This document shows positions 1 to 8,312 of a stretch of 26,862 nt of DNA, piece by piece (within the stretch, counting starts at the first letter, position 1; each line of letters opens with the position of its first letter). The notes beneath the pieces are model-generated. The model was not told where the DNA came from. It saw only the letters and a list, made by a program, of their open reading frames with translations, and made no database searches. The stretch covers positions 1 to 26,862 of the IMG/VR virus record IMGVR_UViG_3300035338_000028. One strand, written 5' to 3'. This DNA comes from a virus (lineage: Duplodnaviria > Caudoviricetes). The position numbers and the translations under genes are program-made.

Positions 1-87
1 GCTGTTAGAGTCGTTCTGCACAGCCGTAATAATGCTATCTCTCTTTACTTTCACATCAACAATAACCTTGTCATAAACTTGAGCCAT
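1..87 (-). CDS. 5' end of BppU-like baseplate/tail protein (runs off the window)
   Basis: ATG at 87 overlaps the Dit stop (TAATG). Translation MAQVYDKVIVDVKVKRDSIITAVQNDSNS resembles BppU N-termini (AVQxDxxSR). Confidence 0.6.
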   Translation of the reverse strand, partial: MAQVYDKVIVDVKVKRDSIITAVQNDSNS

Positions 88-794
88 TATAACCACCTCC
101 ATTTCGGTTCCACTTCTATTTTTGTGACACTTCCTGTCCAACTGATACTATTTTCCCCTACCTGAAACCGAGGAAAATCCAAAGCAGAGTATTTGTTGTT
201 TGCATTAGTGACGTCTTTATAAACTTCCATCATCTCACTATTAATGGTTACACTGCCATTTATACCATTCAATCCATAATTCGTGCCGTTTACGGTTAAA
301 ATGATGTTGCCATTCCCATAAACCGTGATAGTTGGTTCTGCATAAACATTTCCATTGTTGGTAATGGTCTTGGGTGTAGTCAGAATAAAATGATCTGCGA
401 AAGCATTCACAGCATATTTAAAAGGAAAGGTATCAAATTGTATCAGGAATTTCGAGAAACTATTTAAAACTCCGTTCATATCCATTTGATTTTTCACCAT
501 GACACGATAGCTTTTATCCGGTTCATTGGAAAAAATAATTTCTCCATACCCATCCAGCCACGCATTGATTTTTTCCGCATACTGAGGTACATCTTTCCCC
601 TTGTTTTTAATGGCACACTCCACTTCTTTTGTATAATTTAGATAGGTCCCTTCGTCGTTATGTAGTACACCGTTTCTTCCCGGAATCTTGATTTCTGAAA
701 CCGTTCGCTCCGGTTTCGTGATAGGAGGAACCTTTGTCACGATAATACCCATGTCAGTGCTTCTTATCCCTTTAAATGTGAAATAAGGCTGCAT
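87..794 (-). CDS. Distal tail protein (Dit)
   Basis: Follows the tape measure gene. YFTFKGIRSTDMGI...IPGRNG N-terminus and GENSISW...PKWRWL C-terminus are typical of siphophage Dit. Confidence 0.85.
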   Translation of the reverse strand: MQPYFTFKGIRSTDMGIIVTKVPPITKPERTVSEIKIPGRNGVLHNDEGTYLNYTKEVECAIKNKGKDVPQYAEKINAWLDGYGEIIFSNEPDKSYRVMVKNQMDMNGVLNSFSKFLIQFDTFPFKYAVNAFADHFILTTPKTITNNGNVYAEPTITVYGNGNIILTVNGTNYGLNGINGSVTINSEMMEVYKDVTNANNKYSALDFPRFQVGENSISWTGSVTKIEVEPKWRWL

Positions 795-796
795 GA

Positions 797-3700
797 TTAT
801 TTCCCTCCTCTTGCCGAACTGCGCTGCTTTCTCATGAACTCACCTACTCGCCAGAGGTCTGATACATCCCGATCACTCCCATTATTTACATTTGCAATCT
901 GTAAAACTAAATCGCCCTCGTTGATTGTAGTGGCACTTGAGGTATTGGTAATCTGTTGCCTAGCAATATCCACCCCAACTCTTAGGGTATCACGTATGGA
1001 TTGCTCTACATCTGCAGCACGGCCTTTCCATGGTTTGATATATCCATCCACAGAATAATCGCCAATCTCTTCAAACTCACGGGAAGGTGAATGGATATCC
1101 AATTCATCCCTAGCCGCCTCGATAGCAGCTCTCACCGTTCTTGTGATCGCCTTTACAACTTCTGATTCACCTTGCTCAATTCCCTTTGCCATACCTAACA
1201 TACTTTGATAGCCTATTTCAATGGACGCATCCTCTAATACACTGATTTTCTCAATCAACATATCCGTGTAAGTTTGCATCTGCTCTTGAATCAAAGCCTG
1301 GTCAGCTTCCCATTTTGCGAGGACTGCTTTCATTCCGTCGCCGCTTCCCCCTTCAGTCTTTCCTTTAGGGGATTTCTCTTCTCCTTGGCCTTGGCTTTGA
1401 TAGCCTCCCCCATCCACAATTCCTTTGGTCACGTTTTCCGCAATATTCTTACCCGCATCATATGCCTCTGTTTCCAAACCATTGAGATCAGATATCAACT
1501 CATCTAAATAGTTGGTTTTCAGATCATCTTTCTGATCTTTATAAAACTTATCTGCAATTTCCTGAGCCTTTTGCTGTTTCTCTTCCCAATCTTCGATATA
1601 TTTTTGAAAAGAAGCATCACTTTTACCAAGAAGCTTTTGTGCGACGTCCGCCCCATCCTCAACGCCCATTCCAGCAATTTCATTGAGTAACCCATCGGAA
1701 ATACCCTTTCCTTTTAAATCGTCCAGAGCCTTTTCATACTTTTCTAATGCATTAATCTGCTTTTCAATATTTTCAAGCTGCACCTTTCCATCATCATCAC
1801 GAGAGAATAACTCTCCGTAATCTGCCAAATTGTCAGCCATTTTCTGTTGCTCTGCAACAATATCATTGTAAATGGATATAACCTCGTCAAACATTTCCTG
1901 AGTAGAACCCACCCAAGCTTCTTTATTTCCCTGTAAATACTTGTCTCTCTCTTTTTTCGTATTGGTAATATAGGTTTTTAAGTCAATGAACCCATTTTCA
2001 TATCTTTTAGATATTGCTTCGCTCATTGATTTGTAGGAATCCTCTAAATTTTTAGCGGCTTTTTCCGCTTCTTTTTCCAATTCTTCCGCCTGTTTTTGTT
2101 TCCATTTGTAAAGCTCAACATTAACACTTTTCCATTCATCGCTGGTTTCCTTGAGATACTTTTTTTGAACGCCTTGCAGCTGGTTATAGAATTTCTTTTC
2201 TTCCATAACTCCGGTATCTCGTAAATACTCAAGTTCCTTGCGGGCGTTTTTATAGGCTTCCACATTTTTATCAACAGCCTGTTTACTGCTTCTTGCGGCC
2301 TTAGTCGTAGACTTAGATGCGGCCGTGGTCTTTGAAGAAACCGCCCCAAGATTTTTCTGCAAGTTTTTTAAACTATTAATCTGGGCTTCTACACTTGCCA
2401 AACTAGCGGTATCCGCTTCATTGGCCATAGCTTTGGAAAAGGCAAGAGCTGTAAAGCTTCCTGCAGCATCCACTGCCGCTCCCGATTCTTTATTTAGCTT
2501 ATCTACAAGGCTTGTTTTTTTCGCTTCCAAATCCGCAATTTGGTTCTGTATTTTCTGCTCGATTAAGTCTTTATTGGCCTGTTCATTGATGGTGATTGCT
2601 CCTGTTTCTTCATCAACGGCAAGGGTCATTCCATATCCGGCATCAATCAGTTTTGCCGCTGTTGCATGGGAGATTTCTCCTGCTTCCGCCTGTTCTTTCA
2701 GGGCATTGGTTGCCAAATCAACACTTGCATTTACCGCATTGGTGGCATTGCTTAATTCTTCAAAGGCAACTTTATTGTTTTGTGCTTGCGCCGCAACTGC
2801 GCTAATGGCTTCCCCTGTTTTATCAATCTGCCGTTGCAAGGCGTCATATTTACCTTGAGAAGATTCTATTTCTTTGCTTAAGGCAATCTTAGAATTTCGA
2901 AGCTCCAGATTCTTTTGTTCCAAAGCATAGGTGCTATCCCCAACCTCACGCAATGAAGCAATCTCTTTGGCATTTGCCGCAATCAGGGCGTCCGCTTCTT
3001 CAATCATTTCCTTTGTATCTTGAATCTTCTTTTGCTCCGCTTGCTGTTCGGCAATCAGGCGTTTCATTTCTTCCTCTTGCCGTAACTTTTCTATGTAAGC
3101 CTCCATATTATCGGCAAGAACAATATAACTACCACTTTCACTGTCAAGAATTAAGACCTGTTCCCCCAACAAAGTATTGATTTCTTCCGCCCTGGTTGCC
3201 AGCTCTGCTTGTTGCCCTGCTGTTTTCTCGGTAATCGCATTTAGTTCCTGAAATCTGGCAATGGCGCTTTCTGCCGTGGTCAAATCATACATGCGATTCT
3301 CTGAATCTCCTCGAATGGTTTTCATAGTCTCGCTGTATTCTTCACCGATAGCAGTAACACTGTCTTTGAATTCCTCCGCCGCTTCCTTACCTGTCAGCAT
3401 ATTTGCAATAAAGGATCCAGCAATCACACTGGCCAATGCGGCAATGGCGGTGGCTGCCAAACCAATGGGAGTTATATTTAATGCTGTGGTAAATGCAACC
3501 GTTGCCGCAGTTCCCGCCGCTGTTGCTGTTCGATAGGCAGACACCGCAGTGGTTAAAGCGCTAATCCCAATTGCCGCTTTTCCGGTCAAAGTCATCATAG
3601 GGCCAATGGCTGCAGTAATGGCTAATATCTTGATAATATTTTCTTTTTCCGTTTCATTCAGGTTAGAGAACCATTTGCCCAAATTGTCAACGCCTTCTAT

Positions 3701-5182
3701 AGCGTTATTCACCATTGGTAAGAACTCACTACCCATAGTAATAGCAATATCATTTAAGGTATTCTTTGCAATCTGAATCTGACTGGCTGTGGTCGCATAG
3801 CGTTTTTCTGCTTCCGTAGCCAAGGCAGTATTATCGATCCATGCCTGATTTGCCATATCCAGATTCTTTGTTAAAAGTCCATTGGATGTGGCCATTGCCG
3901 CCACCGCATTTGACAGACGAATTTCTGTAATGCCCAAGTCATCTAAGGTTGCAACAACACTGCCACCGGAACGCTTAATCTGTCCTAATCCATCAATAAA
4001 CGCCGCCAATGCCTTTGAGGGATCATGCTTCCATATTGCAGAAAACTGCTCTGCCGTTAAATTTGCAACCTTAGCAAAATCCCCTAATCCTTCGGAACCT
4101 GTTGCAACCATGACTTCAAACTGCTTTACTAACTTAGAAATGGCACTGCCCCCGGCTTCCGCTTCAATGCCAAGGGAGGAAATTGTCGTAGCAATGGCCA
4201 ATATCTGTGGTTCTGTGAATCCAACCAAATCACCTGCCGCCGCCAGCCTGGAGGACATTTCCACAATTTCTGATTCAGTGGTAGCGGCATTGTTCCCCAG
4301 TTCAACAATGGTAGAACCCAACCGCTCATAATCAGCAGGATCAAGCCCCGTAATATTTGCCAATCTAGCCAAGCTATCCGCCGCTTGGTTTGCAGATAAG
4401 TTTGTACTCTCACCTAAGTCAATCATTACTTTTGTAAAAGACAGTACATTTTCTTTTTCAATACCAAGCTGTCCAGCCTGTTCCGCTACGCTGGCGATAT
4501 CATTTGCAGTGGCAGGAATATCCTTTGACATTGCTCTGATTCCATCAGAAATCTTTCCCAACTCTTCCACGGTTCCGTCTACCGTTTTTTCTACCCCGGC
4601 AAATGCGCTTTCATAGTCAATTAGGGCTTTAGCAGAGTATGCCGCTCCCGCTGTGATTGCCGTGGAAAGTACAGTCATTTTCTTCCCTGTGTTTTCTAAA
4701 TGCTCACCAGCGTTCTTTGCATCATCTGCAAATTGCTGAAGTCTGGCAGAATTGATATTTCCCATTTCTGCATTCATCTTGTTCAGATTGTTTGTAACCG
4801 TGTGAATGTTGGCAGAAATCATATTTAGTGTATTGGCTTGTTTATTGTAAGCCATCTGTGCCTTAGTGGCTTCTTTGGAACCCTCTCCAAATTGTGCATT
4901 AGCATCTTTCAATGCTTTTTCTAAAACATCCAGCTTTGCCTTTTGCTTCTCATATTGCTGGGTAAGGAGAGACATCTTTCCTTTTTGATTCTCAATTTGT
5001 TTTGTTAAAACCATAGATTGGTCCTTTAACTTACTTGCACTCTTATCATTTTCATCATAAGCCGAAGTCACACTTTTCATTTCGGCATTCAGGGCTTTCA
5101 TTTCGCTATTAATTTTCTTAACAGATTCTCTAAATTCCGCTTCACCCGCAATTGATATACGAGGGCCAATATCATAAGACAT
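797..5182 (-). CDS. Tail tape measure protein
   Basis: Very long Ala-rich coiled-coil protein with a TP901-type core (YESAFAGVEKTVD) and C-terminal LDIHSPSR. Start moved to ATG 5182, which follows a GGAGGTG RBS. Confidence 0.95.
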   Translation of the reverse strand: MSYDIGPRISIAGEAEFRESVKKINSEMKALNAEMKSVTSAYDENDKSASKLKDQSMVLTKQIENQKGKMSLLTQQYEKQKAKLDVLEKALKDANAQFGEGSKEATKAQMAYNKQANTLNMISANIHTVTNNLNKMNAEMGNINSARLQQFADDAKNAGEHLENTGKKMTVLSTAITAGAAYSAKALIDYESAFAGVEKTVDGTVEELGKISDGIRAMSKDIPATANDIASVAEQAGQLGIEKENVLSFTKVMIDLGESTNLSANQAADSLARLANITGLDPADYERLGSTIVELGNNAATTESEIVEMSSRLAAAGDLVGFTEPQILAIATTISSLGIEAEAGGSAISKLVKQFEVMVATGSEGLGDFAKVANLTAEQFSAIWKHDPSKALAAFIDGLGQIKRSGGSVVATLDDLGITEIRLSNAVAAMATSNGLLTKNLDMANQAWIDNTALATEAEKRYATTASQIQIAKNTLNDIAITMGSEFLPMVNNAIEGVDNLGKWFSNLNETEKENIIKILAITAAIGPMMTLTGKAAIGISALTTAVSAYRTATAAGTAATVAFTTALNITPIGLAATAIAALASVIAGSFIANMLTGKEAAEEFKDSVTAIGEEYSETMKTIRGDSENRMYDLTTAESAIARFQELNAITEKTAGQQAELATRAEEINTLLGEQVLILDSESGSYIVLADNMEAYIEKLRQEEEMKRLIAEQQAEQKKIQDTKEMIEEADALIAANAKEIASLREVGDSTYALEQKNLELRNSKIALSKEIESSQGKYDALQRQIDKTGEAISAVAAQAQNNKVAFEELSNATNAVNASVDLATNALKEQAEAGEISHATAAKLIDAGYGMTLAVDEETGAITINEQANKDLIEQKIQNQIADLEAKKTSLVDKLNKESGAAVDAAGSFTALAFSKAMANEADTASLASVEAQINSLKNLQKNLGAVSSKTTAASKSTTKAARSSKQAVDKNVEAYKNARKELEYLRDTGVMEEKKFYNQLQGVQKKYLKETSDEWKSVNVELYKWKQKQAEELEKEAEKAAKNLEDSYKSMSEAISKRYENGFIDLKTYITNTKKERDKYLQGNKEAWVGSTQEMFDEVISIYNDIVAEQQKMADNLADYGELFSRDDDGKVQLENIEKQINALEKYEKALDDLKGKGISDGLLNEIAGMGVEDGADVAQKLLGKSDASFQKYIEDWEEKQQKAQEIADKFYKDQKDDLKTNYLDELISDLNGLETEAYDAGKNIAENVTKGIVDGGGYQSQGQGEEKSPKGKTEGGSGDGMKAVLAKWEADQALIQEQMQTYTDMLIEKISVLEDASIEIGYQSMLGMAKGIEQGESEVVKAITRTVRAAIEAARDELDIHSPSREFEEIGDYSVDGYIKPWKGRAADVEQSIRDTLRVGVDIARQQITNTSSATTINEGDLVLQIANVNNGSDRDVSDLWRVGEFMRKQRSSARGGK

Positions 5183-5208
5183 AAATTCACCTCCTAAAAA
5201 TAAACATG

Positions 5209-5234
5209 AAAAAAGCACCCTTTAAGGATGCTTT
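5209..5234 (-). terminator. Intrinsic terminator ending the toxin mRNA
   Basis: Minus strand AAAGCATCC-TTAAA-GGGTGCTTT followed by a T run. Confidence 0.7.
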
Positions 5235-5259
5235 ACAAATCTAAATCATATGCTATAAT
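5232..5259 (+). promoter_or_regulatory. Sigma-A promoter for antitoxin RNA
   Basis: TTTACA-16 nt-TATAAT with an extended -10 TG. Confidence 0.75.
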
Positions 5260-5265
5260 AGAACT

Positions 5266-5350
5266 AAGTAGGAAACCGCCACTAGGTGGTTGACCTCAGT
5301 AGAGCTAAGCTACCCTAACCGGCCAAAGTTATGTGGGTAGCTTTTTTATT
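5266..5350 (+). ncRNA. Putative type I antitoxin antisense RNA
   Basis: Lies between the promoter and the terminator AAGCTACCC...GGGTAGCTT-TTTT. Convergent with, and overlapping, the 3' UTR of the small toxin gene. Confidence 0.7.
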
Positions 5351-5432
5351 TTCTCTTATCTATGTAAGAGAGAAGTGCTATCAAAAATAAGCCAAATGTA
5401 AGCATTATCATAAATACTTCATATGTACCCAT
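5346..5432 (-). CDS. Type I toxin, holin-like toxin type (28 aa)
   Basis: MGTYEVFMIMLTFGLFLIALLSYIDKRK: one TM helix with a basic tail. RBS GGGGGTGGT; own promoter. Confidence 0.85.
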   Translation of the reverse strand: MGTYEVFMIMLTFGLFLIALLSYIDKRK

Positions 5433-5496
5433 AGCACCACCCCCAATCCTTAGTTAAAATTGGAGGTCAACTACCCAACACGGTTTCCATTTCTTT

Positions 5497-5525
5497 ATTT
5501 TACCATAATTTTCAAAACCATTCAA
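5497..5525 (-). promoter_or_regulatory. Sigma-A promoter for the toxin
   Basis: Minus strand TTGAAT-17 nt-TAAAAT with an extended TG. Confidence 0.7.
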
Positions 5526-5549
5526 CTTATGAATATCCACTTTGAAAGC

Positions 5550-5750
5550 TTATAACAAATCCGGAATTAAATCATCATCCGTGACAGTCTCTTTCATTTT
5601 TGCGCCTTGGCTGATTTGATGACAAGCAATCAAATCACTCAAAAGCCCTATCGGCGTTGCCAGTACTTCATAAGTCTGCATATTAAAAAACCTGCCATAA
5701 TAGAGAAACCACGCAAGCGTTAATTCGTCTGCGTGGTTTTTACGTTTTTT
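5550..5750 (-). CDS. Tail assembly chaperone -1 frameshift extension (lambda gpT-like part)
   Basis: The -1 frame after the slippery AAAAAAC (5744-5750) reads RKNHADELTLAWFLYYG...DDDLIPDLL. Located just before the tape measure gene. Confidence 0.8.
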   Translation of the reverse strand, partial: KKRKNHADELTLAWFLYYGRFFNMQTYEVLATPIGLLSDLIACHQISQGAKMKETVTDDDLIPDLL

Positions 5751-6112
5751 GTATCTGCCTCCACTTCTACCTCTCTCATTAATCCAATCGCAATTGCCTC
5801 CATAACCGCAATTTTCATTTCCGTGCATTCATAAGGTCCCATGGAAAACTCTGCTTCTTCCTTTGAAAGTAGATTTCCCTCTTCTCCAAACAATTGGTAT
5901 TTATACTTTACGCCCCATTCATTGAGTAAGAAAAATAGCCACATAATGTTATGAATTGCATTTGGTTCCTTTGTCATGTCCATTGCTTCCGTTGTATTGC
6001 CCAAACTTCCAAACCTTGTATGACACTCCGCATAAGCTTGCAGGGAAAAAGCTAGGGGATAGGTTTTACCCCCCACCTCCCGCTCAATCATTCTAACGCT
6101 TTCATTTTTCAT
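5720..6112 (-). CDS. Tail assembly chaperone (lambda gpG-like)
   Basis: Position between major tail and tape measure genes; ends in a KN slippery site. Confidence 0.85.
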   Translation of the reverse strand: MKNESVRMIEREVGGKTYPLAFSLQAYAECHTRFGSLGNTTEAMDMTKEPNAIHNIMWLFFLLNEWGVKYKYQLFGEEGNLLSKEEAEFSMGPYECTEMKIAVMEAIAIGLMREVEVEADTKNVKTTQTN

Positions 6113-6126
6113 CTGAATACCTCCCC

Positions 6127-6717
6127 TTATGCCGATTTTTCCCCAAGGATAGCCTTAATATAGGCTCTAGCCTCTCCCTCTGTGTCAAAAGTCGCTTCCC
6201 TCTTCCATGCATGATTTGCACTATCATCACGCATAATCGTTGCGGCAATTTCAGAAGTTTGCCATTCAATGGTACCACCTTGGGTGGTGGCGGCCTCATC
6301 AAAGATAGAAAACTTAATCTTAGTAAATACTACTGCCCGCCATTTTGGAGCACTGTCTTTTTGTTTTTTGATAATAAGACCCATTCCAAGATAAGGAGGA
6401 TTCATGTTATCATCATAAATTAATTCATTAATGGTTTCCTCACCAATTGTGAGTTTTTTCGGTGTGATTCCCATGATTAATGCACTTGCTTCTTGCATCA
6501 AATCATCCGTTGTCACGGATAATTCTCCACCACCAAAGGTACTGTCTGTCTCTGCAACACCATTATCCGCATTGAGGTTGTTATCCTTTCCTGCTTCAAT
6601 GGAAGTGGACATTTCAACCGCCTTCGCCAATACTTGTCCTTGGGTGTAAGTAACAACACCCTCCTCTGTGGCGTTATATTTTGCAACATAGGGATAACTT
6701 AAACCAATCTTTGCCAT
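6127..6717 (-). CDS. Major tail protein
   Basis: MAKIGL..YVAKY start, ADNGVAE motif, TQGGTIEWQT motif; phi13-family-like. Confidence 0.9.
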   Translation of the reverse strand: MAKIGLSYPYVAKYNATEEGVVTYTQGQVLAKAVEMSTSIEAGKDNNLNADNGVAETDSTFGGGELSVTTDDLMQEASALIMGITPKKLTIGEETINELIYDDNMNPPYLGMGLIIKKQKDSAPKWRAVVFTKIKFSIFDEAATTQGGTIEWQTSEIAATIMRDDSANHAWKREATFDTEGEARAYIKAILGEKSA

Positions 6718-6732
6718 AGTTTTAACACTCCT

Positions 6733-7218
6733 TTATATTTTTTTACATTCTTGATCAATTACTTCTTGCATCTTGCGAATTGCTTCATTTTTCTTTCCCT
6801 GGACAGCCGGCTCCACAAAGGGTGTTGCGTTCCTTACGCTGGATCCACTCTCTATGGAACGTGCCAAAAGTTGGTTGGGAAGTCCGTTGGGATATTTTTG
6901 CGTTGGATAACTGCCATAACCATCAAATCCAATTTTTGTACCGTAGATTCCTGGACTTTCTTCTCCAATGGGTGCTATTCCCAAGGAATCCAATAAGTCC
7001 TGTTTTTGAACCCTTGGCACACCCATAAATTGCTCACCCGCTCCCAGCATTCTGAATTTGTCCTCTGGCAGAGCTTCTAGATTATTTCTGATTTCATCCG
7101 CTACCAATCCAGCCGCTTCATAAACAGCCTTTTCAGCAATTGCTTGCGTATTTGCTTCCATTCTGGACAGCATTAACATAAATTCATTTGTTCCCTTAAA
7201 AGCAATCTTGGCCATCAT
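6733..7218 (-). CDS. HK97 gp10-like tail completion protein
   Basis: ARSIESGSS...TPFVEPAV motif and position in the operon. Confidence 0.75.
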   Translation of the reverse strand: MMAKIAFKGTNEFMLMLSRMEANTQAIAEKAVYEAAGLVADEIRNNLEALPEDKFRMLGAGEQFMGVPRVQKQDLLDSLGIAPIGEESPGIYGTKIGFDGYGSYPTQKYPNGLPNQLLARSIESGSSVRNATPFVEPAVQGKKNEAIRKMQEVIDQECKKI

Positions 7219-7549
7219 CCTCACCCCAATCATAATCTACATCCACATACCACTCATAGTGAATAAACCCAGTATCCTCTTCATACTGCACAGAATTTAA
7301 CCTCCATGAAATTTCTGCATCATTGAACTTTCTCTGGATCCTGAAGAAATCATGGTCAAATTCATCCTTGGTGAAAAAATGTACTGCACAGCGGATAGCC
7401 TGGTGGGTGGCTTTATTGTCAGCGTGTTTTGCCCCACTTTGGGTAATCTCGCTCCAAACAATATATTTATTGCCGGGCTTTAGGGGTTTGTAGTGAAAAA
7501 TACTTTCAGTAATGGTAAGCAAAGTATCCCTCAACTCAATCATTGTCAT
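7196..7549 (-). CDS. Putative tail terminator/head-tail protein
   Basis: Position in the operon; C-terminal YEEDTGFIHYEW motif. Confidence 0.65.
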   Translation of the reverse strand: MTMIELRDTLLTITESIFHYKPLKPGNKYIVWSEITQSGAKHADNKATHQAIRCAVHFFTKDEFDHDFFRIQRKFNDAEISWRLNSVQYEEDTGFIHYEWYVDVDYDWGEDDGQDCF

Positions 7550-7892
7550 AGTTGCTTTCCACCCTCTCCAGTAATAATTCCATTTCCTTTGGTTTGGTAT
7601 TTTCTATGTAAACAACCTTTTTTACTTCATATTTATCATTGCTACCCAGAAAAACCGCTTTATCCTGAGCACTTACCTCAGTCCGATAGGGGCATCTCAC
7701 AATTTCATCTATCTTAATATTCTGCTGCAAAGATTCATGAAACCGTGTGTGGCCTATAGTGCGCCGTCGAAATCTTAGACGCACTTTTTCCACAATACCC
7801 TCTTTTGGCATATTACCTTTCTCTGCAATATTTCCTACTGTGTATATTGTGATCACACCATCATTGTAGATCTGCATTTTTTTCTTCTTCAT
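7536..7892 (-). CDS. Head closure / head-tail adaptor protein
   Basis: Position after the connector gene; size about 118 aa; LLLERV C-terminal strand. Confidence 0.7.
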   Translation of the reverse strand: MKKKKMQIYNDGVITIYTVGNIAEKGNMPKEGIVEKVRLRFRRRTIGHTRFHESLQQNIKIDEIVRCPYRTEVSAQDKAVFLGSNDKYEVKKVVYIENTKPKEMELLLERVESNYDND

Positions 7893-8166
7893 AGTTCTTC
7901 ATCTCCTGATGGATTTGCAACATCATCAATTCGTGAAGGTAGTTCTGTTGGAACTCATTTAAGGCACCGCTATTAACATACATAACATACTCAAAAAGGA
8001 GGGCTCTGGCTTGCCCCTCCTTTTCATAGTCTTGTTTCCCACCCGCTACATGATTCAAATACTCCATGCCTCGTGATACAATACCTTTTATTTTTTTATT
8101 GGTATCAGCATCATCCCATGTAATATCAAGATAATTTTTCACAGCCTCTAATAATTCTTCCATCAT
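7861..8166 (-). CDS. Head-tail connector (HK97 gp6 / SPP1 gp15-like)
   Basis: LLEAVKNYLDITWDD motif; follows the capsid gene. Confidence 0.85.
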   Translation of the reverse strand: MMEELLEAVKNYLDITWDDADTNKKIKGIVSRGMEYLNHVAGGKQDYEKEGQARALLFEYVMYVNSGALNEFQQNYLHELMMLQIHQEMKNYEEEKNADLQ

Positions 8167-8312
8167 CCTGTCACCGCCTCTATGGCTGCCAAAATATCTC
8201 CTTTTAAATTGCGACTACTTAGCCCGGTAATACCGAGGGATTCCGCATATTCCAACAGTTCCGTTTTGTTCATGCCCTCGGTATTGCGGGTGGATGTGCT
8301 AAGCGTCGCCAT
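8163..8312 (-). CDS. 49-aa HeH/Rho-N-like domain; probable -1 frameshift extension of the capsid protein
   Basis: MATLSTSTRNTEGMNKTELLEYAESLGITGLSSRNLKGDILAAIEAVTG. Fills the gap exactly, lies in the -1 frame of the capsid gene and has no obvious RBS at a normal distance. Confidence 0.75.
   Translation of the reverse strand: MATLSTSTRNTEGMNKTELLEYAESLGITGLSSRNLKGDILAAIEAVTG

Noticed and set aside
5183-5218. Longer ORF-track starts for tape measure, and similarly HNH, rep, AbrB-like, late activator and the 21222 ORF
   Set aside because: Downstream starts have clear Shine-Dalgarno sequences or match the family N-terminus; the extensions run through terminators or neighbouring genes.
6102-6302. 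Alternative-frame ORF overlapping the major tail gene end as a frameshift extension
   Set aside because: It extends only 25 nt past the tail gene stop and shows no domain or clear slippery site.
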